A stretch of DNA of 64,000 nucleotides from an uncultured Clostridia bacterium. Lineage in GTDB: Bacteria > Bacillota > Clostridia > Oscillospirales > Acutalibacteraceae. Below, piece by piece: positions 1 to 8,574 of the stretch; within the stretch, counting starts at the first letter, position 1, and the number at the start of each line of letters is the position of its first letter. The notes beneath the pieces were generated by a model, which searched no databases, had not been told where the DNA came from, and was given only the letters and a program-made list of their open reading frames with translations. The stretch lies in NCBI GenBank assembly GCA_946500295.1, contig CAMMVF010000014.1, positions 959-64,958 on the forward strand, read 5' to 3'. A program made the position numbers and the translations under genes.

Positions 1-1544
1 GCGACTTTGAAAGCATCCTCTGTTTCATAATCTGAAAGGTTGAGATTGAAGCGTTCGGCATCACGCTTTCGCCATCTTCTCCACGCATATTTTTGCTTTT
101 CTATAGCAGCGTTATATTCGGCTTCAGTTTCGTAATCCAAAGGGTCGACATCGTAAGCAGAGCCGTCGGCACAATGCTTTCGCCAAGCAAACCTGCGAGA
201 GTATTGGTATTTTTCCTCAGATGATTCCACAGAACGGATATAATAATCAACCGATTCAATAAAACCGGGTAATAACCGCCGAATCCGTTTGTCGGTCATC
301 TTCTTTACAATGGGAAGAATATAGAACTTGAATGCCTCCATTGTTTCGACGTTCTCCCAATCGGAGCATTCCGAAATAATGCCGTTTATGAGGTTTTCCA
401 TATCTTTGGCTTTTGCGGTTTTGTTTAATGCAACAGCGGTAAATATCACTTGTGCCTCGTCATTAAGCCCCTTTGACAAAGCAGAAGATACAAAATGTGC
501 AGCACCGTAGGGGTATTGCGGATTTTCGGTAAAGACACCGTTTGCAAAGCTCGGGTTCGTACCGAGCCTTTTTATGCATTCGGTTAGAAATTCCTGCGGA
601 TAATCATCGACTGACGAAATGATTGAATTATATATCGTCCAATCGTTTTTCATATATTCTTTGTATGGGGCAAACTCCTTTATCAGCCATTCCCAAATAT
701 CAACGGCAAGCTTGGAATTTTCCTCTGCGATTTCTAAAAATAAATCGTCAAAAAAGGTTACAACCTCTTCATCCTCATCCGGCACTTCGATCGGCAAAGA
801 AAAGTTTTCTTTAACCGCTTGTGAATACAAAAAACCGTCATATACCGTCAGATACCGCGCCGCCACGCAGGACTGAGAAAGAATGAACTCACATTTCTTT
901 ATTTCATTTGCTTTTGTTTCATTAGCTGAAAGAAACGCTGTCCCAAGGTTTAGTTCACATAGATAATACGCTGCTTTATAGGTTCTTTTATTAGGATAAT
1001 CACTTGGGTTTATTGCTTCAAGCTCATCTTTTCCGGGGTAATCCACAGTAAATGTAATGTTAATCGGCAAAGTAATAGTATCCGTATCGCTGTAATCGTC
1101 TGTCGGTTCTGAAAATTCAGCATCCTCCAAAGCCTCAAGGTACTCCTCCTCTGTATCGTAATCATAAGGAGAAATGTCACCGTGATCAATACCATCATCA
1201 GCGATAATTCGCCAATCTTCGTTGGCTTCCGTTTCTTTTGCCAAAGCTGCATCTTCAACGGCTTCTCTGTATTCGGCTTCGCTGTCGAAATCATATGGGT
1301 CGATGCCATATTCGTCGCCCTCATCGGCAAATAACTGCCAGTTACTATCATCGTCATAGTTGTCGTCATCGAGAGTAGACATAAAGGAAGCGTTGGAATA
1401 CGGGTCATCTTCTTTTTCTTCCTTCATACAGTCCTCGATTATTTTGTAACCGAGCCAGCTTTCGGCAAAGTCGGTCTTACCATCACGGTTAAAATCAAAC
1501 ATTCCACCGAAAGGTTGACCGAAAAGGTCATCAAAAAAGCCCAT
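1..1544 (-). CDS. Hypothetical acidic repeat protein (>514 aa, runs off left edge; absent from ORF track)
   Basis: Hand translation: GGAGG RBS then ATG at 1544, MGFFDDLFGQPFGGMFDFNRDGKTDFAESWLG..., open to position 1; four W-x(9-11)-(I/V)DPxDY(D/E)TExEY-like repeats. Confidence 0.85.
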   Translation of the reverse strand, partial: MGFFDDLFGQPFGGMFDFNRDGKTDFAESWLGYKIIEDCMKEEKEDDPYSNASFMSTLDDDNYDDDSNWQLFADEGDEYGIDPYDFDSEAEYREAVEDAALAKETEANEDWRIIADDGIDHGDISPYDYDTEEEYLEALEDAEFSEPTDDYSDTDTITLPINITFTVDYPGKDELEAINPSDYPNKRTYKAAYYLCELNLGTAFLSANETKANEIKKCEFILSQSCVAARYLTVYDGFLYSQAVKENFSLPIEVPDEDEEVVTFFDDLFLEIAEENSKLAVDIWEWLIKEFAPYKEYMKNDWTIYNSIISSVDDYPQEFLTECIKRLGTNPSFANGVFTENPQYPYGAAHFVSSALSKGLNDEAQVIFTAVALNKTAKAKDMENLINGIISECSDWENVETMEAFKFYILPIVKKMTDKRIRRLLPGFIESVDYYIRSVESSEEKYQYSRRFAWRKHCADGSAYDVDPLDYETEAEYNAAIEKQKYAWRRWRKRDAERFNLNLSDYETEDAFKV

Positions 1545-1628
1545 ATTCACACCTCCTTAACCTTATAATAACATAGTAACTGTACCATAAAACGGACTTT
1601 ACATTAGAAGTTCAAAAATTCAAAATAA

Positions 1629-1940
1629 TTATGTACCGTATTTCAAAACAATTTCACGAAGCTGCATTCCAAGTTGGCAATACCACTCAAAGTAACCATT
1701 CCAAGCAGATGCTTCCTTTTTAAGGTCGCCTTCCTTCAAAACAAGGATACGACAGTCTTTTTCTGCTTCACGCCAATCAACAGATACGCCGAGTTCAGCT
1801 TCGATATCCGCCTTTTTATTCATAAATTTTGCATAGAGGTCTTTATCGTTGCTTATGTAGATTTCAGCACCAATGCGTTTCTTTTGGGTATTAACGGTAA
1901 AATCCAAGTGGCAGGCAGAACTACCGACACCCAAGTGATG
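1629..1940 (-). pseudogene. 5'-truncated DUF4268-like protein fragment
   Basis: GSSACHLDFTVNTQKKRIGAEIYI...W resembles the DUF4268 C-terminal domain; an in-frame stop lies a few codons upstream inside terminase-derived DNA and there is no RBS. Confidence 0.55.
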
Positions 1941-2972
1941 ACAAAGGGTTCAGGTGACGCTCGTATGCAGCCCTTGTATTTCCTTATCACCACAGCCGGA
2001 ACAGATACCCACTCTATCTGTTATGAGATACACCAAAAGGCCAAAGACATCTTGGATGGCAGAAAGATTGACCCCACCTTCTATCCCGTAATTTACGGTG
2101 CAGATGACGGAGACGACTGGACTGATCCAAAGGTATGGAAAAAGGCAAATCCCTCGCTCGGCATTACGGTCGGCATCGACAAGGTTAAAGCTGCGTGTGA
2201 ATCGGCAAAACAAAACCCTGCCGAGGAAAACTCGTTCAGGCAGTTAAGACTTAATCAATGGGTTAAACAAGCAGTCCGTTGGATGCCAATGGAGAAATGG
2301 GACAAATGCTCCTTTGCTACAAACGAAAGTGGTCTTGAGGGTCGTGTGTGCTACGGTGGACTTGATCTTTCAAGCACAACCGATATCACGGCATTTGTGC
2401 TTGTATTCCCACCCGGTGATGAGGATGATAAATTCGTGGTGCTTCCGTACTTTTGGATACCCGAAGAGAATATCGATCTGCGTGTCCGGCGCGACCATGT
2501 GCCGTATGATGTTTGGGAGCGTCAAGGCTATCTCCAAACCACCGAAGGCAATGTTGTGCATTACGGTTTTATTGAGAAATTCATCGAAAACCTCGGTGAG
2601 CGTTTCAACATTCGTGAGATCGCATTTGACCGTTGGGGTGCTGTTCAAATGGTACAGAATCTTGAAGGTATGGGTTTCACCGTCGTTCCTTTTGGACAGG
2701 GATTTAAGGATATGTCTCCGCCCACAAAAGAGTTGATGAAGCTCGTGCTTGAAGAAAAAATTGCCCACGGTGGACACCCTGTGCTTCGTTGGATGATGGA
2801 CAATATCTTCGTGCGAACCGACCCTGCCGGCAATATAAAACCCGATAAAGAAAAGTCCACCGAGAAAATTGACGGTGCCGTTGCAACTGTTATGGCACTT
2901 GATCGAGTCATTCGCTGTGGCAATGATGCTTCCGAGTCCGTGTATGACAAACGCGGGCTACTCTTTATATAA
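1935..2972 (+). pseudogene. terL: Phage terminase large subunit, C-terminal part only
   Basis: VMTKGSGDARMQPLYFLITTAG, WKKANPSLG, FRQLRLNQWV, GGLDLSSTTD, EIAFDRW, EKIDGAVA; the N-terminal ATPase (Walker A/B) region is missing. Confidence 0.9.
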
Positions 2973-3086
2973 TAAAAGAGCTAACACTTTCGGTTACTTC
3001 TTCGTTATTTGCATATACTATCAATATATTATGATAACAACTCCCACAAAATCGCATTATTTTTAAGGTATTATCTCCACATGCTA

Positions 3087-3125
3087 TTGACTATTCCCTT
3101 AATTTATGCTATAATTTAAGGGAAA
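3087..3125 (+). promoter_or_regulatory. Sigma-A promoter of fic overlapped by dyad ATTCCCTTAA-N13-TTAAGGGAA
   Basis: TTGACT 3087-3092, 17 bp spacer, TATAAT 3110-3115; dyad arms 3093-3102 and 3116-3125. Confidence 0.75.
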
Positions 3126-3142
3126 TGGAGGTGCTTCCGGGA

Positions 3143-4189
3143 ATGAGAATCTTTAATTATTCACAAATCAAGAATCATACTTGGGATTCGGAAGTTTTGG
3201 GGCTGATTGCTGCCATATACAAAGAAGCCGGAAAACAAGAGTTATATTTAAAGCAACGCTCCGACGAATTGGAAAAACTCGTAGAAATTGCAAAAGTGCA
3301 AAGTACAGAGGCATCCAACGCTATTGAGGGTATTGTTACCACTAATACACGTATTAAGCAACTTGTGGCTGAAAAAACCACTCCTCGCAATCGTGATGAG
3401 CAGGAAATTGCAGGCTATAGAGATGCACTCGGTATTATCCACGAGAGTTTTGATGCTATTCCCATTACAAGGAACTACATCTTGCAGCTTCACAAAATCA
3501 TGTATAGCCATATGAATAACCCTATGGCGGGGCAAACAAAGAATGTGCAAAACTATATCAGTGCCACATACCCTGATGGCCGTGTGGAAACGCTTTTCAC
3601 ACCGCTTGCTCCTTTTGAAACGCCGGAGGCTTTGGATAAAATCTGCGAAGAGTATAATCGTGTAATTGGAAACTTTGAAGTCGAACCACTGATTGCGATT
3701 CCCACATTCATTCACGATTTTCTTTGTATTCATCCGTTCAATGACGGAAACGGCAGAATGAGCAGATTGCTCACAACTTTGCTTTTGTACCGCAACGGAT
3801 TTTATGTTGGCAAATACATCTCCCTTGAAGCAAAAATCGCCAAAAACAAAGATTTGTATTATGATGCCCTTAACAAATCTCAAGATGGCTGGCACGAAGG
3901 TACAGAGGACGCTGTTCCGTTCATCAAATATATTCTAAGCACTATTCTTGCAGCTTACAAGGATTTCGAGGATAGGTTTGCTATCGTAGAAGAAAAGTTA
4001 CCTGCCCTTGAAATGGTAAGAAAAGCTACGATGAATAAAATCGGTAAGTTTACAAAACAGGATATCCGTGAACTCTGTCCGACCTTGAGCGTTAGTTCAA
4101 TTGAAGGTTCTTTACGAAAGCTGGTAGAATTGGAAGAAGTAAAGCGTGAGGGCAAAGGTAAAGGCACTTTCTATTACCGATTAAAATAA
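3143..4189 (+). CDS. fic: Fic family protein with C-terminal winged-helix (moron between terL and portal)
   Basis: Fic motif HPFNDGNGRMSR; C-terminal FTKQDIRELCPTLSVSSIEGSLRKLV...GKGKGTFY; GGAGG RBS favours ATG 3143 over 3125. Confidence 0.9.
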   Translation: MRIFNYSQIKNHTWDSEVLGLIAAIYKEAGKQELYLKQRSDELEKLVEIAKVQSTEASNAIEGIVTTNTRIKQLVAEKTTPRNRDEQEIAGYRDALGIIHESFDAIPITRNYILQLHKIMYSHMNNPMAGQTKNVQNYISATYPDGRVETLFTPLAPFETPEALDKICEEYNRVIGNFEVEPLIAIPTFIHDFLCIHPFNDGNGRMSRLLTTLLLYRNGFYVGKYISLEAKIAKNKDLYYDALNKSQDGWHEGTEDAVPFIKYILSTILAAYKDFEDRFAIVEEKLPALEMVRKATMNKIGKFTKQDIRELCPTLSVSSIEGSLRKLVELEEVKREGKGKGTFYYRLK

Positions 4190-4209
4190 ATACCCTTAGC
4201 CAACAAACC

Positions 4210-4242
4210 ATTCCCTTAAAGTTGGACAAATTTTAAGGGAAT
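4210..4242. repeat. Second copy of dyad ATTCCCTTAA-N13-TTAAGGGAAT downstream of fic
   Basis: Arms 4210-4219 and 4233-4242 form a perfect inverted repeat with the same 13-bp spacer as the promoter copy. Confidence 0.8.
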
Positions 4243-4269
4243 GAATAATACTTTACGCAAAAGTTATAT

Positions 4270-4302
4270 AAGCATCTGTCAGAAATGATAGGTGCTTTTC
4301 TT
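4270..4302 (+). terminator. Rho-independent terminator after fic
   Basis: aagcatctgtca-gaaa-tgataggtgctt followed by a T-rich tract. Confidence 0.6.
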
Positions 4303-4330
4303 ATGCCTAAATTTTGAAGGAGTGATTAAA

Positions 4331-4727
4331 TTGAGTATCTTTTCAGGACTATTCCGTTCCAGGGATAAGCCTAAAAACGCAACCTCCGGCAGTTCCTACC
4401 GCTTTTATTTAGGCGGTTCAACTTCCGGCAAACCTGTAACGGAACGCTCGGCAATGCAAATGACAGCCGTACATTCCTGTGTGCGTATTCTTGCAGAGGC
4501 AATTGCGTGTCTGCCGTTACACCTTTACCGCTACACAGAAAGTGGCGACAAGGTCAAGGCAACCGACCACCCTCTGTATCACCTGCTCCACGATGAGCCG
4601 AACCCGGAAATGACCTCGTTTAGTTTTCGTGAAACGATGATGACACACCTTTTGCTTTGGGGCAATGCATACGCACAAATCATTCGCAACGGCAAGGGCG
4701 AGGTTATCGCTTTGTATCCCTTGATGC
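4331..4727 (+). pseudogene. Phage portal protein, N-terminal fragment
   Basis: SIFSGLFRSRDKP...VTERSAMQMTAVHSCVRILAEAIACLPLHLY...EPNPEMTSF..LLLWGNAYAQIIRNGKGEVIALYPLM, then an abrupt switch to capsid DNA. Confidence 0.9.
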
Positions 4728-5292
4728 TCACAAACTCACCGCACTTATCAAGGTTTCCGAGGAGTTGCTCAATGACTCTGCATTCGACCTTGAGAGTTAT
4801 TTCCGCAGCGAATTTGCCCGTCGTATTTCCAATGCCGAGGAAATCGCATTTCTCACTGGTGATGGTAAGGGTAAGCCGACCGGTCTGTTCAGCGACACCG
4901 AGGGCGCTGATGTTGGCATTACCGCTGCATCCGCTACCGCCATCACCGCTGATGAGATTATGAACCTCTATTACAGCCTTCGCGCACCTTACCGCAAGAA
5001 CGCTGTATGGTTGATGAACGATGCGACCGTCAACGCTATCCGCCTTTTGAAGGATAAGAACGGTCAGTATCTCTGGCAGCCCGCTTTGAAAGATGGTACT
5101 TACGATACCTTGCTCGGTCGCCCGGTATACACCTCCAATGCTGTACCTACCATCGGTGCCGGTGCCAAGGTTATGGCTTTCGGTGACCTTTCCTACTATT
5201 GGATCGGTGACCGTGAGGGCATCACTTTCCGTCGCCTTAACGAACTTTATGCAGCCAAGGGACAAATTGGCTTCCTTGCTACCAAGCGTGTG
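4720..5292 (+). pseudogene. HK97-type major capsid protein, internal fragment
   Basis: AHKLTALIKVSEELLNDSAFDLESY, AEEIAFLTGDGKGKPTG, LKDKNGQYLWQP, LLGRPV, FGDLSYYWIGDR, QIGFLATKRV; both ends missing. Confidence 0.9.
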
Positions 5293-5613
5293 GAGATAGG
5301 AGTGTCTATCAACACTGTCAAAAGTTTCTGCCGTAGAAATGGAATGTGTACCAGTCGAGGAAACCGATGTATATACTGCGGTGGCATAATAACGCAGTTG
5401 CCGGGAACTAAAAAGCGTGTATTCTGTTCCGATAAGTGTAAGCAAACCTATTGGAATAAAATGCGAACAACTCGTGTGAGCAAAAACAAACTTCCACATC
5501 AATGTCCTGTCTGTGGTGAGATTTTTTATGATTACAGTAGTTCAAAAAGGACATACTGTTCACAGGAATGCTACCATAAGAGGAATTCGATTTGCACAGA
5601 GTTATCAGATTAA
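5293..5613 (+). pseudogene. C-terminal part of sigma-70-region-4-like HTH / Zn-finger phage protein, fused in frame to the capsid fragment
   Basis: IGVSINTVKSFCRRNG then CIYCG...KRVFCSDKC and CPVCG...KRTYCSQEC; this type of gene normally precedes the recombinase cluster of such prophages. Confidence 0.7.
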
Positions 5614-5690
5614 AAACATAGGTCGCAAGGTTGCACTACTTTTGGAAAGTGTGAACTTTGCGACCTTATTTATGCCTAATAAAGTTAAAG

Positions 5691-5846
5691 ATTACACGAA
5701 AGGTCATATAATTACACGAAATGTCGGCACTGACCTCTGCGGTTTCATTTCTGCATATAATGCAATCAAAAGCTCTATTTAAGACATAAAATATAGCCGT
5801 TGCAAAGAAGCAAAACCGCTCTCTACAACAGCATAATTACACGAAA
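5691..5846 (+). repeat. Three direct copies of ATTACACGAAA (possible integrase arm-type sites)
   Basis: Copies at 5691-5701, 5711-5721 and 5836-5846. Confidence 0.6.
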
Positions 5847-5898
5847 GGTATTAAAAACCGCATAGAATAAGGCATAATTTGAAACCGAGAATAAAAAG

Positions 5899-5935
5899 TA
5901 AGAACCTCACGATTGTATCAACCGTAAGGTTCTTA
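5899..5935 (-). terminator. Hairpin just 3' of the tRNA half-copy
   Basis: taagaacctcacg / cgtaaggttctta inverted repeat with one mismatch; T-tract follows on the minus strand. Confidence 0.6.
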
Positions 5936-5937
5936 TT

Positions 5938-6020
5938 TGGTGCGGGCGACAGGACTTGAACCTGCACATCGGTTGACACTAGAACCTAATGGTGACGACA
6001 CCTTGGTGAAAAAATAATTT
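5938..6020. mobile_element. attL: tRNA-Leu 3' half (52 bp) joined to the element P' arm
   Basis: 5938-5989 is identical to 27767-27818 and ends in the anticodon loop; followed by tggtgacgacaccttggtgaaa, an imperfect inverted copy of the arm at 27902-27920. Confidence 0.85.
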
Positions 6021-6021
6021 A

Positions 6022-7374
6022 TTAATTCTTCGGGAACGGTATGGCATCATATTTCCCCCTGAAATATTCAGATATTATTTTTTTATCAAAACGGTCATCA
6101 AATTCATCAAGTGATCTAATAGTTGAAAACCCATTCTCATCTTTGTTTATAAAATTTATTTCATCTTTTCTAAGTAACTTCAAATCCATAAGCTGAGATT
6201 CATGCGTTGTTACAATCAATTGAATTTTTCTTTCTTTTGCTAATTCCAAAAATTCCTCGACAAATTTAATTGTTAGAAGAGGATGAAACATGCGATTTAT
6301 TTCATCAATAATATATACTTTGTTATCATCATTGTTAAGCAAGATTTCTATTATATCTAGTAATCTAACCGTACCATCTGATTCATCTTCTAGTGAAAAC
6401 TTTGCATTAGAGTTTTTATGTTTAAATTCCAGAGTTTTGTATTTAAACATACCTTCTTCGTTTAGACTAACAATAAACATGCTGTTTTCAGGTGATCTAA
6501 TTAACACAGCTGGTTTATGAGATTTTTCTCCTTCTTTGTTATTGTGCTTTTGTTCTGAAAGCATGTTATGAATATCTTTAATTATCTCTTTTGGTAAAGT
6601 TGAATTTACCTTTTCTGGCGCAATATTAGAAACAGTAATTTTTTCAATTCCAGTTGAAAAATGATTAAGCTTTTCAGCAATTACATCAAGGTTGTTGCTG
6701 TCAATCATCCAAGAATAATTTGTTATAGGTCTTTCGGGAAATGTTACTGTTAATTTAAAACGTATCCAATTATAAACATCTTTAAATACTGTGATTTTAC
6801 TGGGCGTTGCGTATAAATTATCTTTATTTTGATTCATTAATTTTAAAAACAAAATTGAATCATCACTTTTTATGTCATCGGCATAAATATTTATGCGATC
6901 CTTTAATGTATTTGTTTTTATATATGAACCTAAAGTGAATTTTTTATCGAGTATATTTCTAGAAAACACATAGTTTTTTTGTTCACTTTTAGTTTCTTCG
7001 TATAACCACTCTTTTTGTAATGAACTGTTGTTCAATATAACTTCAAATCCATAAACAAAAGTTTTTTTATTTGTTTCAATCTTAATTTCAAAAAAACTTG
7101 CTTTATCTTTGTTTTCTTCAACTAATTTGCAATAGTGCGGGTAGGAACCACTTTCAAAACCACTAAATACAATATCTTTAAAAAAAGAAAATGCATAAAC
7201 TAGATTGGATTTACCGGAAGCATTGGCTCCATAAATTGACATAAATTTTAAAAGTTTATATTTGCCATCTTTATATAACCTTTCTGAAAAATTACGTACT
7301 TTCCCCGCTTCCATGCTAAAGGTTTGAATTTCATTAAAAGATAGAAAATTACCAACTCTAAATTGGAGCAACAT
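6022..7374 (-). CDS. RloA/AAA_21-like ABC-type ATPase
   Basis: MLLQFRVGNFLSF start with GAGGTG RBS; Walker A GANASGKSN, signature ESDGT, Walker B IIDEINRMFHP; promoter TTGATA-17-TATAAT at 7421-7393. Confidence 0.8.
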   Translation of the reverse strand: MLLQFRVGNFLSFNEIQTFSMEAGKVRNFSERLYKDGKYKLLKFMSIYGANASGKSNLVYAFSFFKDIVFSGFESGSYPHYCKLVEENKDKASFFEIKIETNKKTFVYGFEVILNNSSLQKEWLYEETKSEQKNYVFSRNILDKKFTLGSYIKTNTLKDRINIYADDIKSDDSILFLKLMNQNKDNLYATPSKITVFKDVYNWIRFKLTVTFPERPITNYSWMIDSNNLDVIAEKLNHFSTGIEKITVSNIAPEKVNSTLPKEIIKDIHNMLSEQKHNNKEGEKSHKPAVLIRSPENSMFIVSLNEEGMFKYKTLEFKHKNSNAKFSLEDESDGTVRLLDIIEILLNNDDNKVYIIDEINRMFHPLLTIKFVEEFLELAKERKIQLIVTTHESQLMDLKLLRKDEINFINKDENGFSTIRSLDEFDDRFDKKIISEYFRGKYDAIPFPKN

Positions 7375-7514
7375 AAACTCACCTCTCGAATTATTATAAC
7401 TAAACCAACAGAAAATATCAAGAATTATTAAAGATTTGTCACTTTTAAAAGGCATATTTCGCAATATTAAGCGAACTAATATCAAATTAAAGAGAAATTT
7501 TCACTTTACCCCCC

Positions 7515-7574
7515 TTGACAATTTATGATATGTGGCTTATACTTGTTTTAGCACTTAACGATATCGAGTGCCAA
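7515..7574 (+). promoter_or_regulatory. Sigma-A promoter followed by CIRCE-like (HrcA) operator
   Basis: TTGACA 7515-7520, 17 bp, TATACT 7538-7543; TTAGCACTT-N9-GAGTGCCAA at 7548-7574 versus consensus TTAGCACTC-N9-GAGTGCTAA (2 mismatches). Confidence 0.75.
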
Positions 7575-7619
7575 TATGCATCCGGAGGCATATTGTCTAT
7601 AGAAAGGAGATAGTCAATC

Positions 7620-7739
7620 ATGGCCAAAACCAAGAGTAGCAAGACTGGTAAACAGGATAAAAAAATTGTCCCAGTCAAGCCTTATAAAAGGTCTGATGGA
7701 ACAACAGTTAAGGGGCACAGACGTTCAACCCCTAACTAA
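7620..7739 (+). CDS. 39-aa basic small protein (not in ORF track)
   Basis: GAAAGGAG RBS; MAKTKSSKTGKQDKKIVPVKPYKRSDGTTVKGHRRSTPN. Confidence 0.75.
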   Translation: MAKTKSSKTGKQDKKIVPVKPYKRSDGTTVKGHRRSTPN

Positions 7740-7837
7740 AATTTTCATAAGAAAGAATCAAAGTTAATGATGAACCTATGTACTCCTATTGTAGAACAAC
7801 TTTATGATACCACATTATCTTTGTAACTTCAACCGAC

Positions 7838-7874
7838 AAGTTTGTAACAATTTATAGGTTATTGTTACAAACTT
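7838..7874. promoter_or_regulatory. Perfect 14-bp inverted repeat before the yfbU RBS
   Basis: aagtttgtaacaat-N9-attgttacaaactt. Confidence 0.6.
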
Positions 7875-7887
7875 AAAAAGGAGTCAT

Positions 7888-8412
7888 ATGATAACAGATA
7901 CAGAAAAATTAATACTTTTTAATCAGTACGAGATTCTAAAATTTCTAAATCCAGATGAAACTGATTTCTACGAGCAGAATCAAAAAGTGCTTGAATACGG
8001 AAGTGAAAGTGATATTGAAGAATTGTCATCTTTTTTGATTGGAACATCAGAAGAAGTTAAAAAAGAAACTTTTGATATTTTACAAATGTTTCGAGATTTA
8101 GAAGATGCGTATGAAAAATTCTTTAATTCAACTTCTGAATATAAGTATAGTGCGAAATTTAGGGGATTTGATGGAAATGAAGAACCAGAATATTATTGTT
8201 ATTGCAAACATTTGATAATTGATGAAGATAGATATTCAGAATTTAAAGGCAGAGAACTAAATAGTCATTTTCCAGTGATAAACAGATATCGAAAAATGTT
8301 GAATTGTTACAATATCACAAATGAAAAACGAATCGGCAATTTCTATGAAAATCCAATGACTTTAAAAGAATTTGAATACATAATTCAAGGAGAAAGTACT
8401 GAAGAGCAGTAA
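7888..8412 (+). CDS. YfbU (UPF0304) family protein
   Basis: EKLILFNQYEIL, TFDILQMFRDL, FRGFDGNEE, LNSHFPVINRYRKML match the YfbU pattern; AAGGAG RBS. Confidence 0.7.
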   Translation: MITDTEKLILFNQYEILKFLNPDETDFYEQNQKVLEYGSESDIEELSSFLIGTSEEVKKETFDILQMFRDLEDAYEKFFNSTSEYKYSAKFRGFDGNEEPEYYCYCKHLIIDEDRYSEFKGRELNSHFPVINRYRKMLNCYNITNEKRIGNFYENPMTLKEFEYIIQGESTEEQ

Positions 8413-8574
8413 TGAATGTCATTTCTTGAAACTGCTATTAGTACCTTAATAATAGCAGTTTCAGAAATGTAGTTATGTCCTGCAAATATATGCTATGGAT
8501 TGTACTGGTTAAAAAAGACGATTATTAGAGTATGAAGCAACTAATTAATAAAATGTTACGGGAGGTATTATAAA

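Larger units (their letters stand above)
1629..5935. mobile_element. Deleted prophage remnant (left boundary not determined; may extend beyond the window)
   Basis: terL-fic-portal-capsid-HTH/Zn order with three deletion junctions. Confidence 0.8.

Noticed and set aside
1010-1408. 132-aa minus-strand ORF in the track
   Set aside because: Alternative frame of the real 1544-to-edge gene; its Met/Thr-rich content reflects the acidic codons of the true frame.
1674-1934. N-terminal 87 aa of the 432-aa terminase ORF
   Set aside because: This is antisense of the DUF4268-like fragment; terminase similarity starts only at VMTKGSG.
4579-5502. 307-aa minus-strand ORF
   Set aside because: Antisense shadow of the capsid fragment.
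4292-5613. 223-aa and 318-aa ORFs as intact genes
   Set aside because: They are chimeras across deletion junctions; the 318-aa ORF has no credible start or RBS.
5936-6016. Short open frame LVRATGLEPAHRLTLEPNGDDTLVKK
   Set aside because: The usual antisense reading of a tRNA 3' half; no RBS.
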